Shown here piece after piece: positions 26,190 to 37,490 of a stretch of DNA of 64,000 bases. This DNA comes from a virus, in the IMG/VR virus record IMGVR_UViG_3300025018_001404, positions 1-64,000 of that record, one strand, 5' to 3'. The position numbers were made by a program, and so were the translations under genes. Position 1 is the stretch's first letter; every line of letters begins with the position of its first letter. A model generated the notes under the pieces. It was not told where the DNA came from. It saw nothing but the letters and a program-made list of their open reading frames with translations, and did no database searches.

Positions 26190-26521
26190 TTGCGGTCCTG
26201 CTCTACGATCTGGAGCAGGGTGACAACGAAGAAAAGATCATTCAGCAGGCGCGTCAGAACAAGACGCCTCTGCCTGACAAGATTCTGAATGCACCTGTCC
26301 TGCTTCCGGGACTGGCGTTGTACTACCAGGCATTCATAGAACTCTCGACTTGCAGGAGTACGGGTTTCGGCATCGGGCCGATTCCTGTACCTGCGATTCG
26401 CCAGTATGGACGAGAGGAATATTCGTTCAAAGGCGAGGAACTGGAAGGGTTCGTTACCCTAGTAAAAGAACTGGACGTAGCGTATCTTAAACAGAGGAAT
26501 TCTAGTACACCAAGAAAATAG
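26180..26521 (+). CDS. -1 frameshift extension of the tail chaperone (gpGT-like)
   Basis: A AAA AAC at 26180-26186; the -1 frame reads KLVAVLLYDLEQG...NAPVLLPGLALYYQAFIELSTCRSTGFGIGPIP. Confidence 0.85.
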   Translation, partial: KKLVAVLLYDLEQGDNEEKIIQQARQNKTPLPDKILNAPVLLPGLALYYQAFIELSTCRSTGFGIGPIPVPAIRQYGREEYSFKGEELEGFVTLVKELDVAYLKQRNSSTPRK

Positions 26522-26528
26522 CAGGCTT

Positions 26529-27014
26529 ATGGCGCGGCCCTTTAGTGATCTTCCGAAAGTTATTAACGGGTTGGGTACGGCACTTGGTCAGGCTGTCAAC
26601 GAAGTGATTCCGACTACTGCCCTGCGCCTGCACTCCGATCTTGTGGATAGTACGCCTGTTGATACAGGGCGGGCGCGTTCGAACTGGCGCGTGTCCTTTA
26701 ACACTCCCGACCATTGGGTCATCGATCCCTATTATGAGGGGTACAAGTTGGGTCGCGGTGAGACTCGCAATGCCGCGCCTACCAAGGCACTCGCCAAAGC
26801 TGTCATCCAGAATATCCGAGGGAATAACGGTGCCTTCCCCAAGAATTTCAAAGTCTACATCTATAACAACGTAGATTACCTGGGCCTGCTGAATAACACC
26901 AGCCATTCGATGCAGAACGTCCCCGGATGGGTGCAGCGCGATATCGCCCACAATGTTCACAAGATGGCCTTCCGCCTGGTTGAGCGGTTCAAGGCGCGGA
27001 TCAGGAGTCTGTAA
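26529..27014 (+). CDS. Tail completion/neck protein (HK97 gp10-like)
   Basis: TPVDTGRARSNW, IYNNVDY...LN, S.Q..PGWV. Confidence 0.8.
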   Translation: MARPFSDLPKVINGLGTALGQAVNEVIPTTALRLHSDLVDSTPVDTGRARSNWRVSFNTPDHWVIDPYYEGYKLGRGETRNAAPTKALAKAVIQNIRGNNGAFPKNFKVYIYNNVDYLGLLNNTSHSMQNVPGWVQRDIAHNVHKMAFRLVERFKARIRSL

Positions 27015-30000
27015 TGGCAACTGAACGCTTTGAAATTGTCATCGATGTCCGAGGCCTTAATCAGGCCAACCAGCAGTTCCGTCAGTTTGGGCAGCAGACC
27101 AAGCAGGCACAGCGCCATGTCCAGGAGTTTCAGAGTACCCTTCGGTTCCTGCGGGCGTCCCTTGTAGCGTTCGCATCGGTCAAGATCGCCAGCAGTTTTC
27201 TGGAGTTCGCTGACTCTCTGACCGCCGTGCGTAACCGCCTTTCTCAGGTAACGGTAACTACAGGCGGTGTAAATGAGAAACAGAAACAGCTATTCGACAT
27301 TGCGAGGCGGTCCAGGTCTGCACTCGAATCAGTTGCAATTCTTTATACCAGAATGGCGTTGTCTGCAGATAACCTGACTCAGTCACAGGCAGAACTTCTG
27401 AAGTTCACTGAGTTGACGACGAAAGCTACAGCAGCGTCGGGTGCGACTGCATCTGAAGCTAGGAACGGTTTGATCCAGTTGGCCCAGGGCATCGCGTCCA
27501 ACCGTCTCGGGGGCGACGAACTGCGGTCTGTGTTGGAAAACCTGACGGGCGTGTCCCTGGCGTTGGCATCAGGTCTCGGTGTTACCAGAGGTGAACTTCG
27601 TAAACTCGCAGAGCAGGGTGGCCTGACTTCTGACGTGATTGTGAAGGCGATCCTGTCTCAGGAAGAGATGATCGAGAAGTTGTTCGCCAAGACAACGCCA
27701 ACGGTCGGTCAAGCGTTCGAGGTACTGCAGAACAGCGTCATTCAGTCTCTCGGTGCGTTTGACAGCGCCACGGGTGCTTTGCGCGGTATGGCGGGCGCAA
27801 TCCTGTTTATCGCTGACAACATGAATGCTTTGGTCAGCGTAATCATATTCTTCGCGGCCCGGATGCTGATCGTGGCGAAGAACTCACATTTCGTTGCTAT
27901 GGCTCTTGCGTCGATCCGTACAGCGGCTGCAGGTGCGACGGGCGGGTTCGCTGCTCTATCGGCCACGTTCGTTGCAACCCGCGCAACCTCTGGGCTACTC
28001 GCGGCTTCACTGGTCACCTTGAGGACGGTTGTACGCTCCCTGTTCGGTCCAGTGGGTATCGCTCTGGCGATCTTCGGCTTGATGGAGTTTCAGGGCGGGG
28101 CTACCGATGCTGAGAAGGCCATCGAGAAGCTGGCCGAGCAGATGGACTCACTCAAGAAGAATTTTGACATCACTACTAAAAGTGTTGTCGGGTTTAATGA
28201 TGAAACTCGTAAGCAGGCAGTAACAGACCTAAGCAAGCAGATCGCCACTCTTACCCAGAACTTGGCGGACCTACGCTCCGAAAACTCGAATAGTACCGCT
28301 GTGCTAGGAGGTCTGGACCTTCTAGGTATTTCGTCTTTTGCGACTCAAGTCCAGAAGATGGAAAACGAGATTACTAAGGGGATCACCGGTGCCCTGTTCA
28401 GTGACGTTGACGCTGGTGCGTTCGGACAGGCGGGTGACATCACCAGGCAGTTTAAGGAAGGGGCACTGTCGGCCACTGATTTGATTGAAAAGTTGGAGGA
28501 GGTGGCAAACCAGGCGAGTGGTCCTACGAGAGACGCTATGCTTCGCCTTACAGTGTCGTTCGAGGGCCTGTTGCAACCACAGTTGCAGGCGGAGAAGGGC
28601 CTTCGTGATGCTGCCTTCCAGATGAAAGTTCTGACTGGCGCAGCGACTGAGGCTGACTACGCTTTGGCTGGTTTCATCAATACCGCCAAGAATATGTCAG
28701 ATACCGAAATTCTAGCGTCTCTGAATAAAACTGATCCTCTGATGAAGGCGCGAACTACTCAGGCGACGGAGAACCCTATTCTTCAGTCGGCTGTGGATAG
28801 AGGCCTGCTTCCCGCCGCTTATGGCAGGGCGCAGATGGCTCAGAACGACTCGGCGGTAGAGAGACTCGCTGACCCTGGCGGGTTCAAGGTCAAGCAGGAA
28901 ACGGAACAACTTGAAGCTATGCGGGCGTCTACTCCGGCGGCCAAGGCGTTGCTGGACATCCAGCGTATGGGCCTGCCCCTCATGGAGAAGACCACTCAGG
29001 AACGCCTGAAACAGTTGACGGCTATTTACGCCCAGCAGGATGCCCTTCAGAAAGGTCGCCGCGAGGCTGAGTCCGACGCAAGCCGCATGGAGAAGCAGTA
29101 CAAAAAGACTCGCGGGGCACTGACCTTTGAACTGGCATCCTTGCAAGGCATCACGGGTGAAGCCGCTGCCATTGCTCGCGCCAAGTCCAAGATTGCTGAC
29201 TTCGATAGCCTCAGTGCGGGCAAGCAGAAGGAAATCCTTGGGATAGCCCTGGAGATCGACCGCCTGGAGTCCCGTCGTGCCTTGAACCCTATCGAGGGTG
29301 CCAAAGCCGAATTCCAGAAAGTTCAAGACCAGATCAGTGATCTGAGAGACTCCGGGACTATCGAAGGTCCTGAGGCGGCGAACATGCTGGCGGCTCAGAC
29401 CGAGCAGTACCGCCAGGCTCTCGATCCGTTGAAGTATTTCAACGATGAAATGGATCGGGAACTTGCTCTCATGGGTTTGACCGATAGGGAGCGTCAGGTC
29501 GAGATCGCTACTCGTTCCACGTTGCTCGATCTGCAGTCCAAGGGTGTCGATATCGGAAGCCTGGAGAACGGTGTTATCCATGATCAGGTGAAGGCCACCT
29601 TGGAACGGAACAGGCACGCCGAAGAGTACAAGGACATCGTCAAAGACATTAATGGCCCCCTGGAAGAACTGGCTGAGAAGCAAAAGCTGATCAACGAGGC
29701 TATGGAGGCAGGGGCAGTTAGTTACGAGAAAGGTACTCGGGCACTGATGGACCTTCGTCTTGAGGCTCTACGGTTCAACACCGATACAGCCTCTGGATTC
29801 GAGCGCGGTTCTATCCAGGTTCTCAAAGAGTTCACCGATACCTCTCAGTTGGCAGCAGACACTGTTGTCAACGGATTTCGCCGTGCTGAGGACGCCTTGG
29901 TTCAGTTCGCTACAACCGGCAAGACGGCGGGCTTCAAGGAGATGATCAACGGTATTAACGAGGACCTGATCAGGTTGTCGGTGCGAGAGGGTATAATGAA

Positions 30001-30871
30001 GCCACTAGCGCAGCTATTCTTCGGAGACATGGCTGCTGACATGGTCGGTGGGAAGCCTGATGGAACCAGGTCGAACCCTATAAACGTCCGGAACGTGGAC
30101 GGGGTGTCGTCAGTAAGTCCTACCGGCAGCCAAGGTCTTTTTGGTGGACTCCTATCCTCTATATTCGGAGGCGGCGGTAATCCTGAGAGTGGATTAGACG
30201 GCGTCGTAACGGCTGTCACTCAAACCCCAGAGAACGTCTCTGACGCATTTATTGTGGGAAACTCTGTAACCTCTGATGGCATCGTTAATTCTTTTGCATC
30301 AGGTACAGACGATTTCACCAATGGTTTTACTCAGGCGGGAGACAGGTTTAACTCAAATCTTGCCTTGACCCTAGCCATGGGCGGCGGTGGGAGTAGCAGT
30401 GGCGGTGGTATGAACTTCGGTGCCCTTGGGAAACTCCTTGGGCAGTCCGATGCCGTGGGAGGCATGTTCGGAGGTGGGGGATTCGGTGGTGGGTTCAGTC
30501 TTGCCGATGGTGGTGGGATGCCTTCTGGAGGATGGGACCTCTCCGGTCTGCCCGTGAACAACGACTTCAGCAGCGTGCTGGACAGTGATCTAGCTGGGTA
30601 CGGGTACGCTTCAGGAGGCTCCTTTACTGTCGGTAGCCGCAATAGTGCCATGGCTCTACCCGGCATGGATAACCGTCTGGTGCAATTCCGCGCCCGTGAC
30701 GGAGAGACCGTGCACGTGTCTACCCCAGGTCAAGGGCCAGGGGGCGGCGGGGGAACCTATATCACCATGAATGTTAACACCCCAGACGCGGAGAGTTTTC
30801 AAGTCAACATGCAGCAGATTATGGCTGGCATGTACGCCGAGATGAATAGGCAGAATATGAGAAATAATTAA
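27014..30871 (+). CDS. Tape measure protein
   Basis: 1285 aa, helical; LIQLAQGIASNRLGGDELRSVLE tape-measure domain; follows the chaperone. Confidence 0.93.
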   Translation: MATERFEIVIDVRGLNQANQQFRQFGQQTKQAQRHVQEFQSTLRFLRASLVAFASVKIASSFLEFADSLTAVRNRLSQVTVTTGGVNEKQKQLFDIARRSRSALESVAILYTRMALSADNLTQSQAELLKFTELTTKATAASGATASEARNGLIQLAQGIASNRLGGDELRSVLENLTGVSLALASGLGVTRGELRKLAEQGGLTSDVIVKAILSQEEMIEKLFAKTTPTVGQAFEVLQNSVIQSLGAFDSATGALRGMAGAILFIADNMNALVSVIIFFAARMLIVAKNSHFVAMALASIRTAAAGATGGFAALSATFVATRATSGLLAASLVTLRTVVRSLFGPVGIALAIFGLMEFQGGATDAEKAIEKLAEQMDSLKKNFDITTKSVVGFNDETRKQAVTDLSKQIATLTQNLADLRSENSNSTAVLGGLDLLGISSFATQVQKMENEITKGITGALFSDVDAGAFGQAGDITRQFKEGALSATDLIEKLEEVANQASGPTRDAMLRLTVSFEGLLQPQLQAEKGLRDAAFQMKVLTGAATEADYALAGFINTAKNMSDTEILASLNKTDPLMKARTTQATENPILQSAVDRGLLPAAYGRAQMAQNDSAVERLADPGGFKVKQETEQLEAMRASTPAAKALLDIQRMGLPLMEKTTQERLKQLTAIYAQQDALQKGRREAESDASRMEKQYKKTRGALTFELASLQGITGEAAAIARAKSKIADFDSLSAGKQKEILGIALEIDRLESRRALNPIEGAKAEFQKVQDQISDLRDSGTIEGPEAANMLAAQTEQYRQALDPLKYFNDEMDRELALMGLTDRERQVEIATRSTLLDLQSKGVDIGSLENGVIHDQVKATLERNRHAEEYKDIVKDINGPLEELAEKQKLINEAMEAGAVSYEKGTRALMDLRLEALRFNTDTASGFERGSIQVLKEFTDTSQLAADTVVNGFRRAEDALVQFATTGKTAGFKEMINGINEDLIRLSVREGIMKPLAQLFFGDMAADMVGGKPDGTRSNPINVRNVDGVSSVSPTGSQGLFGGLLSSIFGGGGNPESGLDGVVTAVTQTPENVSDAFIVGNSVTSDGIVNSFASGTDDFTNGFTQAGDRFNSNLALTLAMGGGGSSSGGGMNFGALGKLLGQSDAVGGMFGGGGFGGGFSLADGGGMPSGGWDLSGLPVNNDFSSVLDSDLAGYGYASGGSFTVGSRNSAMALPGMDNRLVQFRARDGETVHVSTPGQGPGGGGGTYITMNVNTPDAESFQVNMQQIMAGMYAEMNRQNMRNN

Positions 30872-31509
30872 TGGCTTTCAGAGATGCCAGACTCCCGGAG
30901 AATATTGAACGCGGCGCAACAGGTGGCCCCGGATTCAGCACGACTGTGCTTGAGCGGAAATCAGGCCATGAGAACCGTAATGTGAACTGGTCTCAGACCC
31001 GCGCCAGGTACGATATTGGGTATGGCCTGATGAAGAAGGGGGCTGGTTCTACCCGCGACTTCTCGACTGTCCTTGCGTTCTTCTACGCCATGAAGGGCAA
31101 AGGCTACTCATTTCGATTCAAGGACTGGTCTGATTTTGAACTGGACCGGCAAAAGATAGGAGAGACAGACGGGGCTACCGCGACGTTCCAGGCGTACAAA
31201 AGATATTCTGCCGGGGCTTACAATCATGACAGGACCCTGACGAAGATAGTATCCGGCTCGTATAGTGTGTGGGTAGACAATGTTCTGATTACTGAAGGTG
31301 TAGGAGGCAGCCAGTTCAGTATCAACCTATTGACCGGGGTTGTTACCCTTGGCGGGACTTTAGCGGCTCAGACTGGCACAGACATTGATTTCGAATGCGA
31401 GTTCGATACACCAGTTCGGTTTGATATCGATGACTTCAAAGTAGCCATGACGACCTACGAGGCTGGCTCCATTCCGACGATTCCCCTGATTGAAGTAAAA
31501 GTTGATTAA
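30871..31509 (+). CDS. Distal tail protein (DUF2460/GTA-like)
   Basis: GGPGFST......SGHE.RN..WS, FRFKDWSD, EFDTPVRFD.D. Confidence 0.9.
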   Translation: MAFRDARLPENIERGATGGPGFSTTVLERKSGHENRNVNWSQTRARYDIGYGLMKKGAGSTRDFSTVLAFFYAMKGKGYSFRFKDWSDFELDRQKIGETDGATATFQAYKRYSAGAYNHDRTLTKIVSGSYSVWVDNVLITEGVGGSQFSINLLTGVVTLGGTLAAQTGTDIDFECEFDTPVRFDIDDFKVAMTTYEAGSIPTIPLIEVKVD

Positions 31510-32624
31510 TGAAGACTATTTCAGCCAACATGAGGACTCATCTGGACCAGACTACTACGACTCTGGCCACCTGTTGGTATATGCTACGTACGGATGGACA
31601 GGAGTTCTTTTTTACAGACCACGATACGGATATCGTGTTTGGAGGTGATACCTACTTGTCTGCAATAGGGTACTCGCCGTCTAGTATTTCTAATAGTAGC
31701 GATCTCAGCGTGGACAACCTTAACGTCGAGGGTTTCATTGATTCATCGGTGATTCTTCTCGAAGACCTGATAGCGGGCCTGTTCAACTACGCTGAGTACC
31801 GAATCTTCATGGTTAACTACGAAGACCCTGATGGTACTGGTCAGATCAAGTTGAAGCGTGGACGGCTGGGCGAGACACAGTACACGACTGACAACACATT
31901 CACCGTTGAACTTCGCAGCCTTACCCAGAACCTCGCTCAAAGCATCGTCAATCAGTATAGCCCCGACTGCCAGGCTGATCTTGGTGACACAAAATGTGGG
32001 TTTCCCATCGACCCCACCTTGCGTGCGAACAGCACCGCGCTGACACTCGGAGAATACATAAAGGTTCCCACTGGTGTCGGTCTTGGATACGCTGCCTATG
32101 AAAATCGTATTTATGAAGTGACGACCGCAGGTACTACGGCAGGATCGCAACCAACCTACGACGAGACGATAGGTAACACCACTACAGATGGCACAGCCGT
32201 CCTCACGGCCCGTGATGCATTTACGCGCCATGCTGTTGTAGCCACCGTGACCGACCGCAAGAACTTCACACTTACTGTCGATGAGGCCAGAGCAGTCGAT
32301 GGTTGGTTCGACCTTGGCGTTATCGTATGGGAATCCGGGGACAATACAGGTCGCACCTGCGAAGTAAAATCATGGGTGGATGCTACGAATCTGGCCACAC
32401 TATATCTGTCGTTGCCGTATGCCGTGCAAGTCGGTGATCGCCTTCGCATTTACCCTGGATGCAATAAGTCCGGGCATATGACCACGGGTCACTGCGCCAA
32501 CAAGTTCTTCATCACTGACTCGCTGAAGTTCCCCGCCACTCGCGGCAATATATGGAACTTTCGTGGCCATAACAAAATCCCAGGCCCGTCCATTGTCGGT
32601 CAAACCCCAGCGGTTCAGGGATAA
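31509..32624 (+). CDS. Baseplate hub protein (DUF2163/GTA-like)
   Basis: TTLATCW...RTDG....FTDHD, CQADLGD.KC, PGCNK...C.NKF...NFRG. Confidence 0.9.
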   Translation: MKTISANMRTHLDQTTTTLATCWYMLRTDGQEFFFTDHDTDIVFGGDTYLSAIGYSPSSISNSSDLSVDNLNVEGFIDSSVILLEDLIAGLFNYAEYRIFMVNYEDPDGTGQIKLKRGRLGETQYTTDNTFTVELRSLTQNLAQSIVNQYSPDCQADLGDTKCGFPIDPTLRANSTALTLGEYIKVPTGVGLGYAAYENRIYEVTTAGTTAGSQPTYDETIGNTTTDGTAVLTARDAFTRHAVVATVTDRKNFTLTVDEARAVDGWFDLGVIVWESGDNTGRTCEVKSWVDATNLATLYLSLPYAVQVGDRLRIYPGCNKSGHMTTGHCANKFFITDSLKFPATRGNIWNFRGHNKIPGPSIVGQTPAVQG

Positions 32625-33073
32625 TGGTAACTCGGGCTGATATCGTAGCAGAGGCGTTGACCTGGGAAGGGACTCCGTTTCGGCATCAAGGACGCTCCCG
32701 ATCAGGAGTCGACTGTGTCGGCTTGGGCATCTGTGTGGGTCGGTCGCTAGGCTTGCTCGGCGATTACGACATTCTGAACTACCGCAGGAACGCTGATGGC
32801 GCTGATCTCATGCGCGAGTTCAAAAGCCAGATGGGCCGGAAGAAACCGATCAATCAGGCCATGCCTGGTGACACCTTTCTGTTCCGAGATGGGCAGTTCG
32901 TCATCCATGTTGGTATCGTACTAGCGGTTTCCCCACGGCTTGAGATTATCCACGCATACGCCTTGAACCGTAAGGTTATTCGGTGTTTTCCCGATTTGAC
33001 AAGGGACAACCAGGGCCTGCTTTCAGACCGCATCCAGTACTGCTTCGAGTATCCAGGGATGTCCGATGGGTAA
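32624..33073 (+). CDS. NlpC/P60 tail-associated peptidase
   Basis: W.GTPFRHQGR...GVDCVGL, HVGI, IIHAY. Confidence 0.92.
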   Translation: MVTRADIVAEALTWEGTPFRHQGRSRSGVDCVGLGICVGRSLGLLGDYDILNYRRNADGADLMREFKSQMGRKKPINQAMPGDTFLFRDGQFVIHVGIVLAVSPRLEIIHAYALNRKVIRCFPDLTRDNQGLLSDRIQYCFEYPGMSDG

Positions 33074-36000
33074 GTCTATTGGACGGATGCTCTTTACGTC
33101 GGTGGGTAGGTGGGCGTTTGGCCCGCTCGGTGGGGTTGCCTTCGGCGCACTGGGTAACTCCCTTTTCCCGACAACTCTTCCTGAAAAGATCGGTCCCCGC
33201 CTTACCGATCTCATGGCCACGTCTTCAACCGAAGGTGCCCCACGTATGCGTGGGTTTGGCACAGTGAGGATGGCTGGCAATGTTCTATGGGCACCCGGTC
33301 TTACTGAGATAAAAACTACTGAAAAATTAGGCGGCAAGGGCGGGGTGTTCCAGCCTACTACTGCTACGAGTCAAAAAGTCACGACGTACAACTACTATTC
33401 AGACCTGGCTATTGGTTTTGGCGAAGGACTGGCTGAAGATGTCCTGCGTATATGGATAGATGAGAAACTGGTCTACGACAAGACTGGTAGCGGTGATGTC
33501 ATCGCCATCGATGGCCTGACGTTCAGGTTCTATACCGGCGCTGAGGACCAGGAACCCGACCCGCTTATTGTCTCCCGTGAGAATGTCAAGGACACGTCTG
33601 CCTATCGGGGGGAGTGCTATATCGTGTTCGAGCAGCTTCCCGTGCTGGAGTTTGGTAACCGCCCGACACCTAACATCAACGCTGAGATCGTCTGGTCAGG
33701 TGCGGTCGCTAACCCATCGGTAGACACTGTAAGCGCCCTGGTAGGTGGTATATCCGCAGGCATCGCTGTCCAGCAGATCAGGGACTGGACTAGAGAGTAT
33801 GCCTACGAGTTCAGCGTCAGTACCCCCGCGATTCGCCGGATCAATACCCGAGACCTGGTAGAGGATCGCCAGGCTCTGTTCTCAGATATAATGGCGGGGT
33901 CTTCGTGGCCCACTAATTACCCCGCGTACGGGGGTGCTGTGACCCCCGGTGGCAAACTGATAATGTCTGTTGCGTCGTATAACGACACGCCGATGATCCT
34001 GATTGACCCGGTGACGATGACGAGGTTGTCGATATGGGGTCAGCAGGATATCGCAGGGGATTGGACGCCTGTACGTGCCCCTCCTATCACAAAGTGGGCG
34101 TCCGTCCTCATATTGTACACATCGGTCGAGGTCGAGCGCAACGAGTACATGGTAGGTTCCGGGTTCTTCGCGGACGGCCACTGCGTTGTTGTCCGAGTCG
34201 ATCAGGCCCCCGAGGTTTTAGGTACCCCTAACACGATAGGGTATGTATGGGATAGTCAGACGTACCTGGGTGCTGGGGGCCTGGGTATCGGTGCACGCAT
34301 ATTCCCTGTCACGCTGTACGCAAGTCGTGAGCGCAGTAACATTTGTATGCTTTTCGGTGGCTCCGATAGCGGAGGCGGAACAGAAGTCGGTGTAGGTGAA
34401 CTAGAAATTTTCCTTAGCGCCCAGCACAACGCTACTAACCTTAACAGCAACATGACCAGTTATAAGGTCAAAAACCCTATCGACATCGCTGACATCGTCA
34501 CTGGCGCGACGGAATACTACGACATTCAGACAGTGTTTAAAGACGACGCTGACGATACCTTCATCTTCGTCATTCGTATGACGATTACGACGTACCAGAT
34601 GTTCAAATGGGACCACACCACTGAGGAGGTTATGTGGTCTACGGATATTACAGCTACCTACAATTCAACCTTTGCTCTTAATCAGTCCGTGGTCAAGGAC
34701 AACACTCTTGGTTGGGTAAAGGACAACGGCCACGGTGCCTGGATCGACACCCGTACCGGCGTGCTAAAGGACGCTGATATAGACTTCGGCGTTACATATT
34801 CGGGCGGGGCTAACCAGGGAGTCTGGAACAGCCGTAGCCAATCGTTCAGTGTTACGACCAGCGACAGTTACATTATGAAGAAATACAACTTCGGGCGGGG
34901 TACGTCTGAGGAAGTGTCCCTGGCAACAATCGTTGCCCAGATTTGTGAGTGGGATAGATTGGAGGCGTCGGATATTGACGTAACCGATCTCGCAAACGAG
35001 TACATCCCCGGCTATGCAGTCACTCAACCTGGCGCTACCGGACGTGCCGCCATTGAGCCGTTGCAGATGCTTAGACTGTTCGATGGCGTTGAAAGTGACG
35101 ACGTTTTGAAGTTCAGGATGCGTGGTCAATCATCTGTTCGGACAATCAGTGAAGATGACCTGATTGTAGTCGACTCATCCAATGACGACACCTGGGTTAC
35201 CACGGATCAGCAGGAAATCGAACTTCCTGAGCGAGTTACCTTCGCTTATCAGTCGCGGGAAAACGACTACCAGATCGCCACGTCGTCCGCGAAACGTGTA
35301 CTTGCACCTGTCCCTGTCATGCGGTCGGTATCCAGAGTATCGCAGGACTTCACGGCTGCGCTCGATAATGACGACGCCAGGCAGTCCGCTGAGAAATATA
35401 TGTATGCGCTGTGGATTGGGCGTACCACTTACAAGCACAAGTTGCCATGGTCACACATTGACCTTGAGCCTTCGGATGTCTATACCGTGCAACCGAGCGC
35501 GAATCAGTCGTACCTGGTTCGGTTGGAGAGCAGTAATCTCGGTACAGACATGGCGCTCGACAACTCCGCTATGGCAGAGGACACCGGGCAGTACGTGTCC
35601 ACCATCGTGAGTGCCGGTGGAACTGGTGTACCTGTCCAGACAATCCCTGGTCAAGTGCCCGTACAACTGTTCCTTCTGGACGTGCCCTTACTCCGTAACT
35701 TTGATGAATTGCCAAACCGTATTGGAGCACCACTGTACTACGGCATCGGTGCCTACCACGATGGCGATAGCGCCCGAGCAAATATTTATAAATCTTCAGG
35801 CGATTCTGTAAACGAGATAATTGGTCGCAGGATCGAGGGCGTAGCCTGGGGTGGCACTGCTAATGCCATGCCCGACCCTCCAGTGTCCCCATTTATGACT
35901 GACAATACGTCGGAACTGCGTGTGTACATGCAGGACGGTGGGGCTACATTAGCGTCTATCACCGAACTGCAGATGCTGAACGGTGGCAACGCGGCGGCGC

Positions 36001-36635
36001 TTCTCAAGGCTAATGGAGAAGTAGAACTTATAAATTTCCGTGATGTCTCTGACAACTCAGATGGGTCTTACATTCTGTCTGGGTTTCTTCGTGGTCGCCG
36101 TGGCACGGATACCATGACTAACAGTCATACTGTTGGAGAGACATTTGTTGTTCTGAACAATTTAACCTGGGATACGACTAACCTATCTCTTGAGGAATTG
36201 AATACCGCCAGGTACTACAAGGCTGTGCCTGACGGTCAGCAGATTGAAGAGTCACTTACATACCCGTTGACCAGTGAGTTGCGCCCTCTCATGCCCTACG
36301 CCGTTCGTAACGTCGAAGCAGAGCGTGAGATGGACGACGATATCCTGTTGACCTGGTACCGCAGAGACAGGTTGGGTACAGACCTTGTGGACTCATTCGA
36401 AGACCAGCCGCTGTCTGAAGACTCCGAACTGTACAAGGTTTACATCTATGACGGTCCTGCCGGGACACTGGTGCGCACGGTTACGGGTCTGACGAGCGCG
36501 ACGTATACTTACACTGCGGCTAACCAAGGGACAGACGGTCTGTCTCTTACGGCCCCGGCTATTACGGTGAAGGTCGTTCAGGTCAGCGGCCAAGTCGGTG
36601 AAGGCTTTTCACAAGAAATTACGATTGAAATCTAA
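33066..36635 (+). CDS. Tail tip/central fibre protein (GTA megatron-like)
   Basis: GPRLTDL..TSS.EG..PR..FGTVRM.GN..W, AYRG.CYIVFE.L, ELPERV, LSGFLRGRRGT, W.RRDR. Confidence 0.88.
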   Translation: MGKSIGRMLFTSVGRWAFGPLGGVAFGALGNSLFPTTLPEKIGPRLTDLMATSSTEGAPRMRGFGTVRMAGNVLWAPGLTEIKTTEKLGGKGGVFQPTTATSQKVTTYNYYSDLAIGFGEGLAEDVLRIWIDEKLVYDKTGSGDVIAIDGLTFRFYTGAEDQEPDPLIVSRENVKDTSAYRGECYIVFEQLPVLEFGNRPTPNINAEIVWSGAVANPSVDTVSALVGGISAGIAVQQIRDWTREYAYEFSVSTPAIRRINTRDLVEDRQALFSDIMAGSSWPTNYPAYGGAVTPGGKLIMSVASYNDTPMILIDPVTMTRLSIWGQQDIAGDWTPVRAPPITKWASVLILYTSVEVERNEYMVGSGFFADGHCVVVRVDQAPEVLGTPNTIGYVWDSQTYLGAGGLGIGARIFPVTLYASRERSNICMLFGGSDSGGGTEVGVGELEIFLSAQHNATNLNSNMTSYKVKNPIDIADIVTGATEYYDIQTVFKDDADDTFIFVIRMTITTYQMFKWDHTTEEVMWSTDITATYNSTFALNQSVVKDNTLGWVKDNGHGAWIDTRTGVLKDADIDFGVTYSGGANQGVWNSRSQSFSVTTSDSYIMKKYNFGRGTSEEVSLATIVAQICEWDRLEASDIDVTDLANEYIPGYAVTQPGATGRAAIEPLQMLRLFDGVESDDVLKFRMRGQSSVRTISEDDLIVVDSSNDDTWVTTDQQEIELPERVTFAYQSRENDYQIATSSAKRVLAPVPVMRSVSRVSQDFTAALDNDDARQSAEKYMYALWIGRTTYKHKLPWSHIDLEPSDVYTVQPSANQSYLVRLESSNLGTDMALDNSAMAEDTGQYVSTIVSAGGTGVPVQTIPGQVPVQLFLLDVPLLRNFDELPNRIGAPLYYGIGAYHDGDSARANIYKSSGDSVNEIIGRRIEGVAWGGTANAMPDPPVSPFMTDNTSELRVYMQDGGATLASITELQMLNGGNAAALLKANGEVELINFRDVSDNSDGSYILSGFLRGRRGTDTMTNSHTVGETFVVLNNLTWDTTNLSLEELNTARYYKAVPDGQQIEESLTYPLTSELRPLMPYAVRNVEAEREMDDDILLTWYRRDRLGTDLVDSFEDQPLSEDSELYKVYIYDGPAGTLVRTVTGLTSATYTYTAANQGTDGLSLTAPAITVKVVQVSGQVGEGFSQEITIEI

Positions 36636-36647
36636 GGGTTAATAGAT

Positions 36648-37490
36648 ATGGCTGGCGAGACGAATAACCTTGATCGGTCGATTATGACCGACACCCAACT
36701 GAGCAAGTATCAGACCAGCAACGATGCTGATGGTCAGGTAGACGCAGCTATCACGGCTTCCAAGACTGTGTTGGTGGATGACACTAATGCAGCGTCGATA
36801 GCTGCGACTGACTTCCGTCGCGGTGTAGAGTTTGTTCTTACAGATGGGTCTCCAGTACCGACTGCCGCCATCACGATCACGATCCCAGCCGTTGTCAGGG
36901 GGTTGCTCGTGGTCCGGAACACTACGTCCTTCACAGCGACCATAGGTATCTCAGGCCAACCTGTCACCGCTCCGACTCTTGCTACACTAGAGCACGCGAT
37001 TTTCCATTGTGATGGCACGAATGTCAGAGTCGTTAGTGGCTCGGGAGTTAGTGAATTCATCGACTTATCTGACGCGCCGAGTTCCTACTCTGGCGAGGCG
37101 GGACAAATGCTTCGCGTCAACAGTGGTGAGACTGCCATTGAGTTTGAGGATGCGCCTTACGATCCGACTTTCTATATGCCAGGGTCGCCTACCAGTAGCA
37201 TGATCGTATACTTCCTTGAGGCCATCCGGGCATTCGGTTTCCCGGCTGGTATGACGGGCAGCCGGTGCCGCGCCTTATCGGCTGCTACCGCTCAGACTGA
37301 TTTCGATGTGCAAAAGAACGGCGTCAGCATCGGCACTATTCGGTTTGCTGCCGCTGGTACGCTGGCCACATATGTCAGTTTTAGTGCCTCGTCTTTCGCG
37401 GTTGGAGACACGTTGAAGATCATCGCCCCCGCCACGCCGGACGCCACACTCGGAAGCGTGTCCTTCGGCCTGATGGGTCGCCGTGCATGA
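36648..37490 (+). CDS. Tail fibre/adaptor protein
   Basis: DUF2793-like N-terminus (TNNL....Q..K....N), F.DLSDAPSSYSG.AG..LRVN knot. Confidence 0.65.
   Translation: MAGETNNLDRSIMTDTQLSKYQTSNDADGQVDAAITASKTVLVDDTNAASIAATDFRRGVEFVLTDGSPVPTAAITITIPAVVRGLLVVRNTTSFTATIGISGQPVTAPTLATLEHAIFHCDGTNVRVVSGSGVSEFIDLSDAPSSYSGEAGQMLRVNSGETAIEFEDAPYDPTFYMPGSPTSSMIVYFLEAIRAFGFPAGMTGSRCRALSAATAQTDFDVQKNGVSIGTIRFAAAGTLATYVSFSASSFAVGDTLKIIAPATPDATLGSVSFGLMGRRA

Noticed and set aside
30871-36635. Gene transfer agent cluster
   Set aside because: GTA-like tail genes sit in a complete phage with its own replication, early and lysis genes.
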